Source: Macrostomum lignano
Taxonomy: Eukaryota
Reading direction: 5' to 3'
DNA length: 32,323 nt
Assembly: GCA_002269645.1 (NCBI GenBank)
Contig: NIVC01003164.1
Coordinates: 1-32,323, forward strand
Each line of letters opens with the position of its first letter. The first letter of the stretch is position 1. Position numbers and translations under genes: made by a program. The notes below the pieces were generated by a model. It saw only the letters and a list, made by a program, of their open reading frames with translations. It was not told where the DNA came from and searched no databases. Below are positions 1 to 11,820 of this stretch, piece by piece.

Positions 1-1444
1 CCTGCGACAGTTGGAGGAGAAATTGAGCCAAGCCAAACATAAGCTTCCTTACTGATTCCGGAAGAGTTATAATATTGAATACTTCCTTCCGTTGGCTGTC
101 TGCATGGCAGATGCCAAACATCTTGAGGAAACCCTCGGTGAGAATTTACGCAAATGAATTCATTGAATTAATGCGATTTTTGACAAATCTTGTCCGATAA
201 ATCATTGCAGCATCTCGACCTGGCAAATATCTGATAAAATCATCCAGGTAAAGTTATATGCGGCAACTAGCAACAAAACTGAGAGTTAAATATGAGCATT
301 GACACATGGCAGAGCTGCAGGGCCTTGGCGTGTAGGTTGCGCTGTTAGTACCATGCGAAACGCAGAGTCTGCATCCGTCTTCTTGCCAGTGCCTGCAGTG
401 TCATTAGCGACTTCTCCTGCACCGCTTGTGGGCTGTTAACTCTGACTCTGAGTTTTGTTGTGGACCTGTGCGGAAGCAGTTGCTTGAATAGTGTTCGCTC
501 GTGTTCAATTTCATGACTGGCCTTTTAATTATCTCGTACACTTCAGTGCATTATTTCATTCATCATTTTCTAAATCTTTTTAAGCCGACAGTTTACTTTA
601 CAGCCAACTTAAAAATAACCTTCCCTCGATTGCCAGCAGAAGTTCGAAACCTCGCCAGCGACAGCTGATTAACGTCCAAAGCAGCAACTCCGCAAAGGCT
701 ATCCGCGACTGCCTTCTCAGCGGGACACCTTTGCAACAAGCGTCGCTACAGGCCTATATTGAGCAGCCACTGCTGGTTGACAAGCGCAAGTTCGACATCC
801 GCACCTTCTTAATGCTTGTCTGTCCAAAGCGCGGGCGGAGCTGGTGGCCGAACAAACGATTCCGGCTACTTCGCCTTCCACCATCCGGGCTTCCTGCATC
901 TTCGTCTCGAGCCATTCAACCCGCAATATCCGGAGCCTTCGCAAGACGGACCGAAATATCAGACGAGTCAGCAGCTCATGGAGGCTTGCACATGGTATCG
1001 GACGAGCTCAACGCTTACTTGAACAGAAAAAAAGGCTTCAGAATGCCCCCAGACTGGGTCAAAGTTAGGCTGTATCCACAAGCGAGAGCTGTTCTGGGCT
1101 ACCTAGCTGGCTTGCTTCGATGGAACCTACATGATCGCGTCTCCGCAACCAGCAGCTTCCGCATCATCAGCGCCCACATGCTTCTGGACGAGAGCCTCAG
1201 ACTGCACCTGCTGAAGTTGGACGATGATGCGCCAAATTGGAGCCGCCCAACCAGCGTGGTGGACTCCGTGCTGTCGAGCATTTGGCAGGAGGCTGTCTGT
1301 CTCGCATGCGAGATTGCCATCAGATTCAGAAGCGGCAGAACCATCAGCGATGATCACTTGGTAACCAGGCGGAACTTTCGCATGGTCTACAGCTCAGAGG
1401 ATCTGTGTCTCGCCAGACAGAGCGTCACTTTGATGTACGACTGA
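1..1444 (+). pseudogene. TTLL10: TTLL10-like tubulin glycylase (TTL family), 3' part; disrupted and catalytically degenerate
   Basis: Reconstructed exons <1..137, 211..247 and 592 (or 604)..1444 with GT-AG introns 138..210 and 248..591/603 in compatible phases. Motifs: NIEYFLP, KYLIKS (WIxKP equivalent), YIEQPLLVDKRKFDIRTF, YFAFHHPGFLHL, DELNAYL..DWV, FRIISAHMLLDESLRLHLLKLD and NFRMVYS, matching TTLL10 as I recall it. In-frame TGA at 53..55. The homologous frame shifts +1 near 815-850 and back near 995. Confidence 0.75.
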
Positions 1445-2152
1445 TAGAGTTGCATTTCAAGTGTACTTGATAGTGAAATTTTCTCTTCCTTTTTAGTTTA
1501 TCGGCCTTGTCTTAAAAATTGTACCATACTACTCGTTTTGCTAAGAGCAGGCATAGGAATAAATGCATGCATTTATTGTATCATTCTGTCTTTTTCAATC
1601 TAAATAAAGCACTTAGCTGTTCGACTCTTTTCATAAGAGATCTGAATTATGATGATATTTAAATTCTTACGTCTGAAGACGTATGAAGCTCGCAAATTCG
1701 GGAAGTACTTTTAATGACTACGAGGGCCGGGCACGTAGGAAGGGGTTGGGAGAGCGATAACTGTCCAAGATTCTTTAAGCGATACTCTTGAGGATAGTAG
1801 CGTGTTCACGCTTGAAAAAGTCAAATGACTACTATGCGCAGGTGAACTATAGTGGGTAATCATAGGGCTAGAAGCAGTTGGGTGATTTTCCCACAAAGCC
1901 CAGCTTCTCATCTTTTTTGAAGGCTGATTACTTCAATTTGAAGGTGAACAATATTGAGGTTATTAGAGTTAGAGGTTATTACGAGTAACTCAAATTTAGT
2001 AAGACAAGGAGCCTCCTCTCTGCGTCTATTACTTTATTGTAGTTTATTTAAAGACACATAATTGCTTCCACAATTGTTCCAGTAACGAGTTAATCAAGTC
2101 CTATTTCAGCTTTATCATATCAGCCTAGCATAAGCTCTGCAGCTCGTATGCC

Positions 2153-2844
2153 TCATTCAGCCATCCAGATGTCGTCACTTACATGTATTTCGCCGCTCAA
2201 GGCGGTGGCAAAGCTGTTGAGGTGTCAGAGGCCGCTGCTGCCGTTGAAGCAATACGGGGACTTGACCAGACTCTTCGCCATGCGAGCTCAGCCCAGAGAG
2301 AGGTTGCAAATTCCGCAGCTGGGATGAGCGGATGGGCGGCGGAGGCGGTGACCTTGTGAAATCGACGGCCCTGGGAGCCTGCATGCAATGTGGGAAACGT
2401 ATGGACAGAATACACTACATTTCACAGACGGAAAGTGAGTGAGAGTGAACATTCTCACAGATGGAATTTCTCTTGACTAAACCGTAAAAGCCGCATTTCC
2501 AGTGCAATAATCGTCTTTGCACTCCAGACCCTGTTGCTGAACCGCAGGAGCCGTAGCAGGAGCCACACTAATAGTAAAGGCCTGTCTGCACGCCTTCGTA
2601 TCGAAAACCGCCGTACAGATCAAACATCGTGTCTCCTCTGGACAAGATCACCTGTCTATCGTAGTTAAATATAAACGGGCCGATCTGGTCGATGCCGGCA
2701 AGACCCCGCAAGTCTCTGTTAGATTGGTCAATGAGGCAGCTGGCAAAGACTCTAATGGCCTTCGCTGCCCCAGCAACTCGCGGAGACTAGCAGAACGGCC
2801 ACTGCAACAGCTGCCCAAGCAGCGAGGACTCTGATGTGGCTCAT
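2153..2844 (-). pseudogene. WSC-PAN secreted protein paralog A (most decayed copy)
   Basis: ATG at 2844 starts a hydrophobic signal peptide (MSHIRVLAAWAAVAVAVLLVSA). After a frameshift comes FASCLIDQSNRDLRGLAGIDQIG, with the TVELCSEIC segment missing and an in-frame TAG. The exon-2 acceptor is at 2379/2378 (SQGRRFHKVTASAAHPL..AEFA), followed by further frameshifts, a Cys codon changed to TGA, and the end SFATALSGEIHVSDDIWMAE* at 2153. Confidence 0.8.
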
Positions 2845-2894
2845 ATCTTTCAGTGTTAAACTTATTTGTTGACTGAATTGAACCATGTTATTTA

Positions 2895-3101
2895 TTACAT
2901 GCCTTTCCGCACAGGATGGATGTTAAGCAAAGGCAAAAAATACACTGGAAGGAAGCTGCGCAATGCACGGTCAAACATTCTAATTTGGCAACCATATAAT
3001 ACAGAGACAGAAACCTTTAAAACATTGATTATAAATGCAGTATGCAAATCCCTAACCCCTATCATCCCGTCTTTCAGAACTATTAGACCAAATATTGTCA
3101 A
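2895..3101 (-). mobile_element. possible decayed LINE (RTE/L2-like) ORF2 C-terminal fragment
   Basis: The minus-strand ORF contains VSVSVLYGCQIRMFDRALRSFL, which resembles the SVLLYGCExW...F.R.LR.IL motif found downstream of the RT domain in RTE/L2-type LINEs. The match is short. Confidence 0.35.
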
Positions 3102-3515
3102 TTCAATGGGTTAAGCAAGGCTGTTACTGTTTAGAGTCAGTTATATTAAATTCGAAAAAGCTATAAAAAATCCATCAGATCGATTCTACAAGTATTGCAA
3201 CTAGACCGACCATATTTGGCTAGTCTAGGATTATTCTGGGATTTATTCTCACTTCTGTTAGAAAACAAAACCAACAAAAATACATTCTTTTTTTATTTTC
3301 ACAGATTTAAAGGTCTGAATTGTGTTTGCAATTGTATTTGTCGTAAATAGCTGCAAAAGTCTCTCTCTTATTAGTATTTATTATTGCACTCGAATCTGAA
3401 TAGTTAGTATTTCATTTGTGCCTTCGTCACCGAGTTCATGCACTGATTCAAAAAGTTAGCCAGCATAGTCTTCAGTCAAATCAGGAACAAAAAACTTATC
3501 CTGGACTTCAGGGCT

Positions 3516-4249
3516 TCAGCCGACGATCCAGACATCGCCAGTCTCCTTGTCGAATGCGGTGGCGAAGTTTCTGAGGCGGCAGAGGCCGCTGCTGCTGTTG
3601 AAGCAATAGGAGGAGGAGCTGGCAGACCGGGCGCAGGAGGCGGCGCAATCGATCCGACTCTGCGCCTTGACGTCCCAGCCCAGGGAGCCGGCGAATTCGG
3701 CAGTGGCGACCAGCTTTGGAGCGACAGAGGTGGCGAACTTGCGAAAGCGAGTATTTTGCAAAGCTGAAATAGAAATTTTTAAGGGCATAGAGCTCACTTT
3801 TCTCTATTGTATTCATAGCTTATTAGTAAAAATCTAACACTTCTCGACATACTCACTCGATGAGTACACATTTTCATAGATGGACTTTTGCAAACGACCT
3901 CCGCAAATCTGGCTAGCATTCCCGTAGCAATTCGTGTTTCACTCGGACTCTGGCGCTGGACCCCAGGAGCCGTAGCTGAAGTCGCACGAGCAGAAGCCGT
4001 AATCCTGCACCGCAGTGAATCGGAAACCACCGTAGGTGCAGATTTCACTGCACAGCTCCACCGTCATAGCAAGTCCAACCATCGATACCTTCTCTGGAAT
4101 ACTTGACTCTGAATGAGGCAAATTCTGCGATGCCAGCAAGGCCCCAATGTCTCTGTTTAGTGCGTCTTTGTCAACAAAGCAGCCACATAGACGGGAGTGG
4201 CTTTGCGCTGTAGAACGGCAGCAGTGACAACAACTTTAAGCATAGTCAT
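3516..4249 (-). pseudogene. WSC-PAN secreted protein paralog B
   Basis: Exon 1 is 3857..4249: shortened signal peptide, a 1-nt deletion in the YVGC codons near 4176, and a Cys codon changed to TGA at 3939..3941. The phase-1 GT-AG intron is 3764..3856. Exon 2 (3516..3763) is open: LQNTRFRKFATSVAPKLVATAEFAGSLGWDVKAQSRIDCAASCARSASSSSYCFNSSSGLCRLRNFATAFDKETGDVWIVG*. Confidence 0.88.
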
Positions 4250-5228
4250 TTGCGGCGACTGAGATGTGCTTAGCAGCTTGGCAGGACAAGTAATGTTGCT
4301 CACAAGTTCTTATAGATGTCAAATTCCATTGATAATAAGATCGCGTCTAAAACATCAATATTTATTGCTTTCATGGGCTAATGGCCGACCGGGAGACACA
4401 AAAAATCTAATTGACGAAGTGAATAATGTTGATCAAGTTTATTTTGCATTGCCTTCTCCAAATAAAACTGACCCAGGAAGAATGAGAAACTGGCTAATGG
4501 ACTCGAGAAAAAAGTCGAGAAAGGAGTGGACGAGAGATAAAAAGTTAGGGTATTGGCTTGGTTGTGCAAGTTCTAGTTGTCCACGATGACATACCGAGAT
4601 TAGAAGTTGCGAGATGGAACGATGAACGAACAAAGTCGGGGGTAGTAGCCTCATCAAAACAAGCTGATAAGCACGGTAAATTGATCAGATTGACAAGCAC
4701 TGCCCAGAATGAGTAAACATAAGCTAAGCTAAGCTAAATTGATTTAGGGTAATCTGATGCGCGCTACCTTCAAGGTCAGCAACGTCATAAGTTGCTTTAG
4801 AGAGGGAAAGAGTAGAAGTATTGTTTTAACACACTTCGTAATTAAGTTTCCAAAGACTCTCTGAGTCTGGAGTCTGGGGTGCTGCAACTGCAGATAGAGA
4901 GTGTTGAATGCCTCCAGTGCCAGCTCATGAATCAGAATCCATCAGTCAGCTTCCATGTATTTAGGTGAGAAGCTGATCAAACTGGATTCTCATGTTACTC
5001 CGCATCTTCTTTCATTTTTTCTTTACTTTGAAAATGCAACGATAGCCGTTTACCGTAGAATGAAAAAGAAGGAAAATAAAAAAATCTATAATAAGAACCA
5101 ATTAAAACTTAACTTGCAAATGTCTTTGCTTTCTAACCAAAATTTATTTTCAATTTCAAGTAGTTGGTCTGACAAGATTCCAAAAAACACAATGGGAAAT
5201 CGAGTCATCGAAATCGGGCTCCGAGGCT

Positions 5229-6085
5229 TCAGCCGACGATCCAGACATCGCCAGTCTCCTTGTCGAATGCGGTGGCAAAGTTGCTGAGGCGGCAGAGGCC
5301 GCTGCTGCTGTTGAAGCGATAGGAGGAGCAGCTGGCAGTCCGGGAGCAGGAGGCGGCGCAATCGATCCGGCTCTGCATCTTGACGTCCCAGCCAGGGAGC
5401 CGGCGAATTCGGCAGTGGTGACCAGCTTTGGGCGGCAGAGGCGGCGAACTTGCGGAAACGAAGTACCTGGATCCTGAAATGTGTTTTTTGCATCGAGCTT
5501 GTTGGCAAATGTTTTTGGATAATCTCAGCTTTCTCGTGCTTTACGATCTTAAGCTGTACATTTGACCTGGTCGAGTCGAATTTTGAACTTTACTGATCCC
5601 GGATGCATGAACCAACTTTTGGCTTTTAGTAAACCAGATCGGAATCCGAAAAAATTGTGCTCACCCGAGAAGGTACTCTTGTAGATCGAAGCCCGCAGGG
5701 AACTACCGCACACCTGACCATGATTGCCAGAGCAAGGATTGCTGCACTCGGCTTCCGGAGCGGAACCCCAGGAGCCGTAGCTGGAGTCGCACATGCATTC
5801 ATTACTATTCTGCACTGCGGCGTATTGAAAGCCACCGTAAATGCAGATTTCGCTGCACAGATCCACAGTCATGTCATGTCTGGACACGATGCCTTGGCTT
5901 GGGTGTAAGACACTGTATATGCCAAGCTGGGCAACACCAACAAGTCCCAGCATGTCTCTTTCGGGTGGAAGTTTGTCAACGAAGCAGCCGACATAGACCG
6001 GAGTGGCCTTGCGCTGGCACAGCGACTCGCCGGCCAGCAGAGCGACAGCCAGAACATTCGCTAGCACGGAGAGTCTGCTCAACAT
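5229..6085 (-). CDS. WSC-PAN secreted protein paralog C (open spliced frame, about 221 aa)
   Basis: Exon 1 is 5665..6085 (421 nt): signal peptide MLSRLSVLANVLAVALLAGESLC, then an 8-Cys WSC domain (YVGCFVD..RDM..MTVDLCSEIC..GGFQYAAVQ..ECMC..ECSNPCSG..CG..SIY). The phase-1 intron is 5474..5664 (GTGAG...TTTCAG). Exon 2 is 5229..5473 (245 nt) and ends GWDVKMQSRIDCAASCSRTASCSSYRFNSSSGLCRLSNFATAFDKETGDVWIVG*. Confidence 0.85.
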
Positions 6086-6714
6086 GGTTTGTAGAATAGG
6101 TGGGGGTGGTCGATTTTGCTGTCTGTGACTCTTTCTTGTATTGCCTAATGTAGCCTTGATGGCGCCTGTCAAACTGTTTCATGACTTTATAGATCAGCTC
6201 AGGCTAAGGCTTTCTGAAAGATTTCTTTCTTTATGCAGGAAGTTTGCCAGGCCGCATTGTCTGTGCGGTGGTCGCTGATGATTGATGCCGATGAGCTGAA
6301 ACTGCGGAAGCAAACCGGATGGATTGAATGAGAGACAGAAGCTCACGGTTAAATTTGTCCGCTTAGTAAGAAGAAGGAAAAGCAAGTCGATAAAGCTGTC
6401 TTACAATCATCGATTGAATAGCAGTAAAAAAGAATAGGACTAATTTGGGAAAAGATTTGAACCAATCGCCTGGGAAATCAAGCTCCTCGGACTCGCTATT
6501 AACAACAATTACAATTTTTGGGCATATAGCAACAACATTCACGAGGCAGTGTATTTTAAGACATCACATGATCAGCACATAACCACACGCTTTACCTCGT
6601 TCGAGATTCGGGAAGTTGCCAACACAACAGTATCAATAGCACAGACAATTGTCAATGCCATATGAATGAATTATAGATCCGAACTCACTTTATATTACTC
6701 TATAGGATTTTAAG

Positions 6715-6954
6715 GGTGGCTAGAATAGAGCACAGCGGACTAGAATTCAGTACAGGTGGCTAGAGTAGAGCACAGATGGCTAGAGTAGAGTACCGGTGGC
6801 TAGAGTAGAGCACAGGTGGCTAGAGTAGAGAACAGGGGGCTAGAGTAGAGAACAGGGGCTAGAGTAGAGAACAGGGGGCTAGAGTAGAGCACAGGTGGCT
6901 AGAGTAGAGCACAGGTGGCTAGAGTAGAGAACAGGGGGCTAGAGTAGAGCACAG
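6715..6954. repeat. 20-bp minisatellite, about 12 copies (GGTGGCTAGAGTAGAGCACA)
   Basis: Direct tandem periodicity with GGTGG/GGGGG and GCAC/GAAC variants. Confidence 0.95.
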
Positions 6955-7055
6955 AAAGAAAACTCGTAGACAAGTTTTTACTCATTAACTATGTCTGCAG
7001 TACTTGAACTGGTTTCAGATTCGTTTCTCGCCAAGCTAAAGCCAGTTGCCAAAGT

Positions 7056-7876
7056 TCAAGTTGCAATCCAGACGTCGCCGGTCTCATTCGCCAAAGCGAC
7101 GGCGAAGTTGCTAAGGCGGCAGAGGCCGCTGCTGCTGTTGAAGCGATAGGAAGAGCAGCTGGCAGTCCGGGCGCAGGAGGCTGCGCACTGCATCCGGCTC
7201 TGCGTCTTGACGTCCCAGCCCAGGGAGCCGGCGAATTCGGCAGTGGTGACCAGCGGAGGGGCGGCAGAGGCGGCGAGCTTGCTAAATTCACGGCCATGGA
7301 AGTCTGCAACAAATACATAACCAGTTTTTCAAAATCAGTACAAGGGTTGTACTTTTACTTTTGCATCGGAAAAATTGCTTTAGTCGCCGCCACTTAGTCT
7401 TTTTGGGAATTTTTTGGGAAAAAGGATAAAAAATACTGGAATTTCCTCTCACTCGATGGGTACACATTCTCGTAGATTGAGTTCCTGTACGCTCCACCGC
7501 ACATCTGCTTAACGTTCCCGAGGCAGTGCTGGTTACACTCAGTCTCTGGCGCGGGACCCCAGGAGCCGTAGCTGGAGTCGCACGAGCAGGTGGCATAATT
7601 CTGTAGGGCGGCGAACCGGAAGCCGCCGTGGGTACAAATTTTGCTGCACAGCTCAGCTGTCATGTCGGACCTGGACAGAATTCCCTGCGTGATGTAGGTG
7701 ACGCTGAATGGGCCGAGCTGGGCGATGCCAACGAGGCCCTACATGTCTCTGTTTGGCGGAGCTTTGTCTCTGAAGCAGCCCGCGTAGACCGGAGTGACTT
7801 TGCGCTGGCACAGCGACTTGGAGACCAGCAGAGCCACCACTACAGCAGCCGTTGCTGCAGAGAGTCTGGGACGCAT
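7056..7876 (-). pseudogene. WSC-PAN secreted protein paralog D (single nonsense codon)
   Basis: Exon 1 is 7453..7876 (424 nt): signal peptide MRPRLSAATAAVVVALLVSKSLC and a full 8-Cys WSC domain, with one in-frame TAG at 7739..7741 (ATG TAG GGC, where copy C has Met-Leu-Gly). The phase-1 intron is 7304..7452. Exon 2 (7056..7303) is open: FHGREFSKLAASAAPPLVTTAEFAGSLGWDVKTQSRMQCAASCARTASCSSYRFNSSSGLCRLSNFAVALANETGDVWIAT*. Confidence 0.88.
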
Positions 7877-8685
7877 GGAATGCGGTTGTTGTCACTTGCG
7901 CGACCGTAAAATTTCAGGTCACTATCGCAGTAAAGAGGGTTTAGACTGTCTGAGTCTCTTGTTTTTCGGATTGAGTGGGATAAAGGCAGCACTTCATAGT
8001 TCGTTTTATACTTTTTTCCTGGCTTCTTTCGATGTTAAGAATAATAGACGGCAGCGGTGTGTTGTAGCCAGCAGTCAATAGAATCCCGTGTTTTAAACTA
8101 GTGGGTTCACGAGTAACTTTATTGATTGATAGAATCGAATTCAATGCTGCTGATAGACATGCTAGAAACATGCCATGAGAATTATCTGCAGTCCTGGTAT
8201 CATTTGGTATCTTTCCCAAGGGTATTCAGTGACAGAACAGGCAAAAAATTCCACCCTAGAGGTTCAAATTTCTCCATTTTCCAGTAGATTTCGTGAAACA
8301 ATACGTTGAAAAGTGCCAGCATTTCAGCAAAGTTCGTCTATCCTTCGAAAAAAATTGTCCACCTCCATCCTTCAGTCTGCCGCGACCGATTCTGATTGCA
8401 TTCTGATTGGCATTGCATGCTCTGCGAGAGTATTTCATGCACAGTTTGGTTAATTTCAAAGTGATTCCCTGAATAGTATCTGGTTAAAAATCTTGTCGAT
8501 AAAATTTAGTCATACGAGTAACAAGCAATTTAATTTTTTGATAAAAAATCTCATTTAGGGAAGCAACCGTTGAATTCCATGGAGATTGGGTGTCTTACCA
8601 CACACTAAACAGTAGAAAAATAGCTAAGCCAAAATAGCTAACTTCATAGTGAAGTTAGACATACCTGTCTGTCGCTGAAAATAAG

Positions 8686-9190
8686 GTGAGAGTCTCAAAG
8701 TCAGACTCGAAACATTACTGAGAAGGCGCCACTCACACTACTGGAAAAACAATATTTTAAAAGTCGCTCGTAGTCATCGTTTAGAACAGCAGTTCGCAGC
8801 ACAAAAGTCAAGAAACGTAACGAACAGGAACGGCACCAGCGTATCTAAGGATGTCTAGAAGGAGCCACAGAGGTATAGGAGGATCCGTCCGGTTTTTGTG
8901 CCGAGGTACATCGTCATGTTAGCGTAAATCAGCTAATGGGAGTACCTGACGGGAGTACGGCCTTTTCAAGGTGGGTGGACATCCAGTCTATGTCGCCGAT
9001 GAAGGCACCCACTGTTATTAATGCCCTTCGCAGAACCTTCGAATACATTGGATTACCGAGAAATCTACGAGTAGTTTTAGACAAAGATGGCACTTTTTTT
9101 CTGAAGAGTTCAAACATTGATTATACGCTTACTTCTTCAGGAAACCATCAGTTCAATGGTTCATCAGTTCAACCCAAGTTCTACTTATAA
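8686..9190 (+). mobile_element. decayed Ty3/Gypsy LTR-retrotransposon integrase fragment
   Basis: ORF 8936..9190 contains FSRWVDIQSMSPMKAPTVINALRRTFEYIGLPRNLRVVLDKDG..FLKSSNIDYTLTSSGNHQFNG, which follows the rve core pattern (SKW.....M....A...I..L...F...GLP..IVSDNG...F......H.....P.SNG). Upstream LLRRRHSHY..ILKVARSH resembles the HHCC zinc-finger start. Stops and frameshifts are present and no LTRs were found. Confidence 0.6.
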
Positions 9191-9738
9191 ACAGCATCAA
9201 AACTATCCTTTGATTCTGCTACAAAATACCCTTTTAAGTTATTTATAAGCTCAAAACTTGTGCCGTCAATGGTAGGTTCAGTGTTCTTCTGTTCTATTCG
9301 TACATATTGCTTACATTTATATCTAGCTCAGACGGCTAGCAACAAAGACAAAGACAAAAGAAGTAGAGAGTACTGTACACTACAAGTACTGTAAGTACTC
9401 TCAGTTACATTTACCAATTTAAGTTTCAGCTTTCTTAACAGACTATTGTCCAGCATCTAAGTAGTGCAAAACGAAAAATTCCTACTCGTATGCTTTTCTC
9501 AACAGAAAACTGTAAAGTACATTTCGTGTCCCCAACAAAAGAAAAAACGGACTGGGATTCTAACAGAACAAACTTATCATTTTTCAAGGGTGCCGAGGTG
9601 AGACTGGGCCAGCTTCTTTCGAACACCCCGACCGGATGCTTTTCATTACATCCCATAGTCTCTGTAAGTTTTCATATCAAATACTGAATTTTAATGCCAT
9701 GCACCGGCTGCCTGAAATGTGGGAAGACAGAAGTAGAC

Positions 9739-11820
<2,082 letters not shown>

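Noticed and set aside
4266-5287. Plus-strand ORFs 4266..4589 and 4955..5287 and similar short spacer ORFs
   Set aside because: They have AT-rich non-coding composition or are antisense to WSC-PAN exons, with no recognisable domains.
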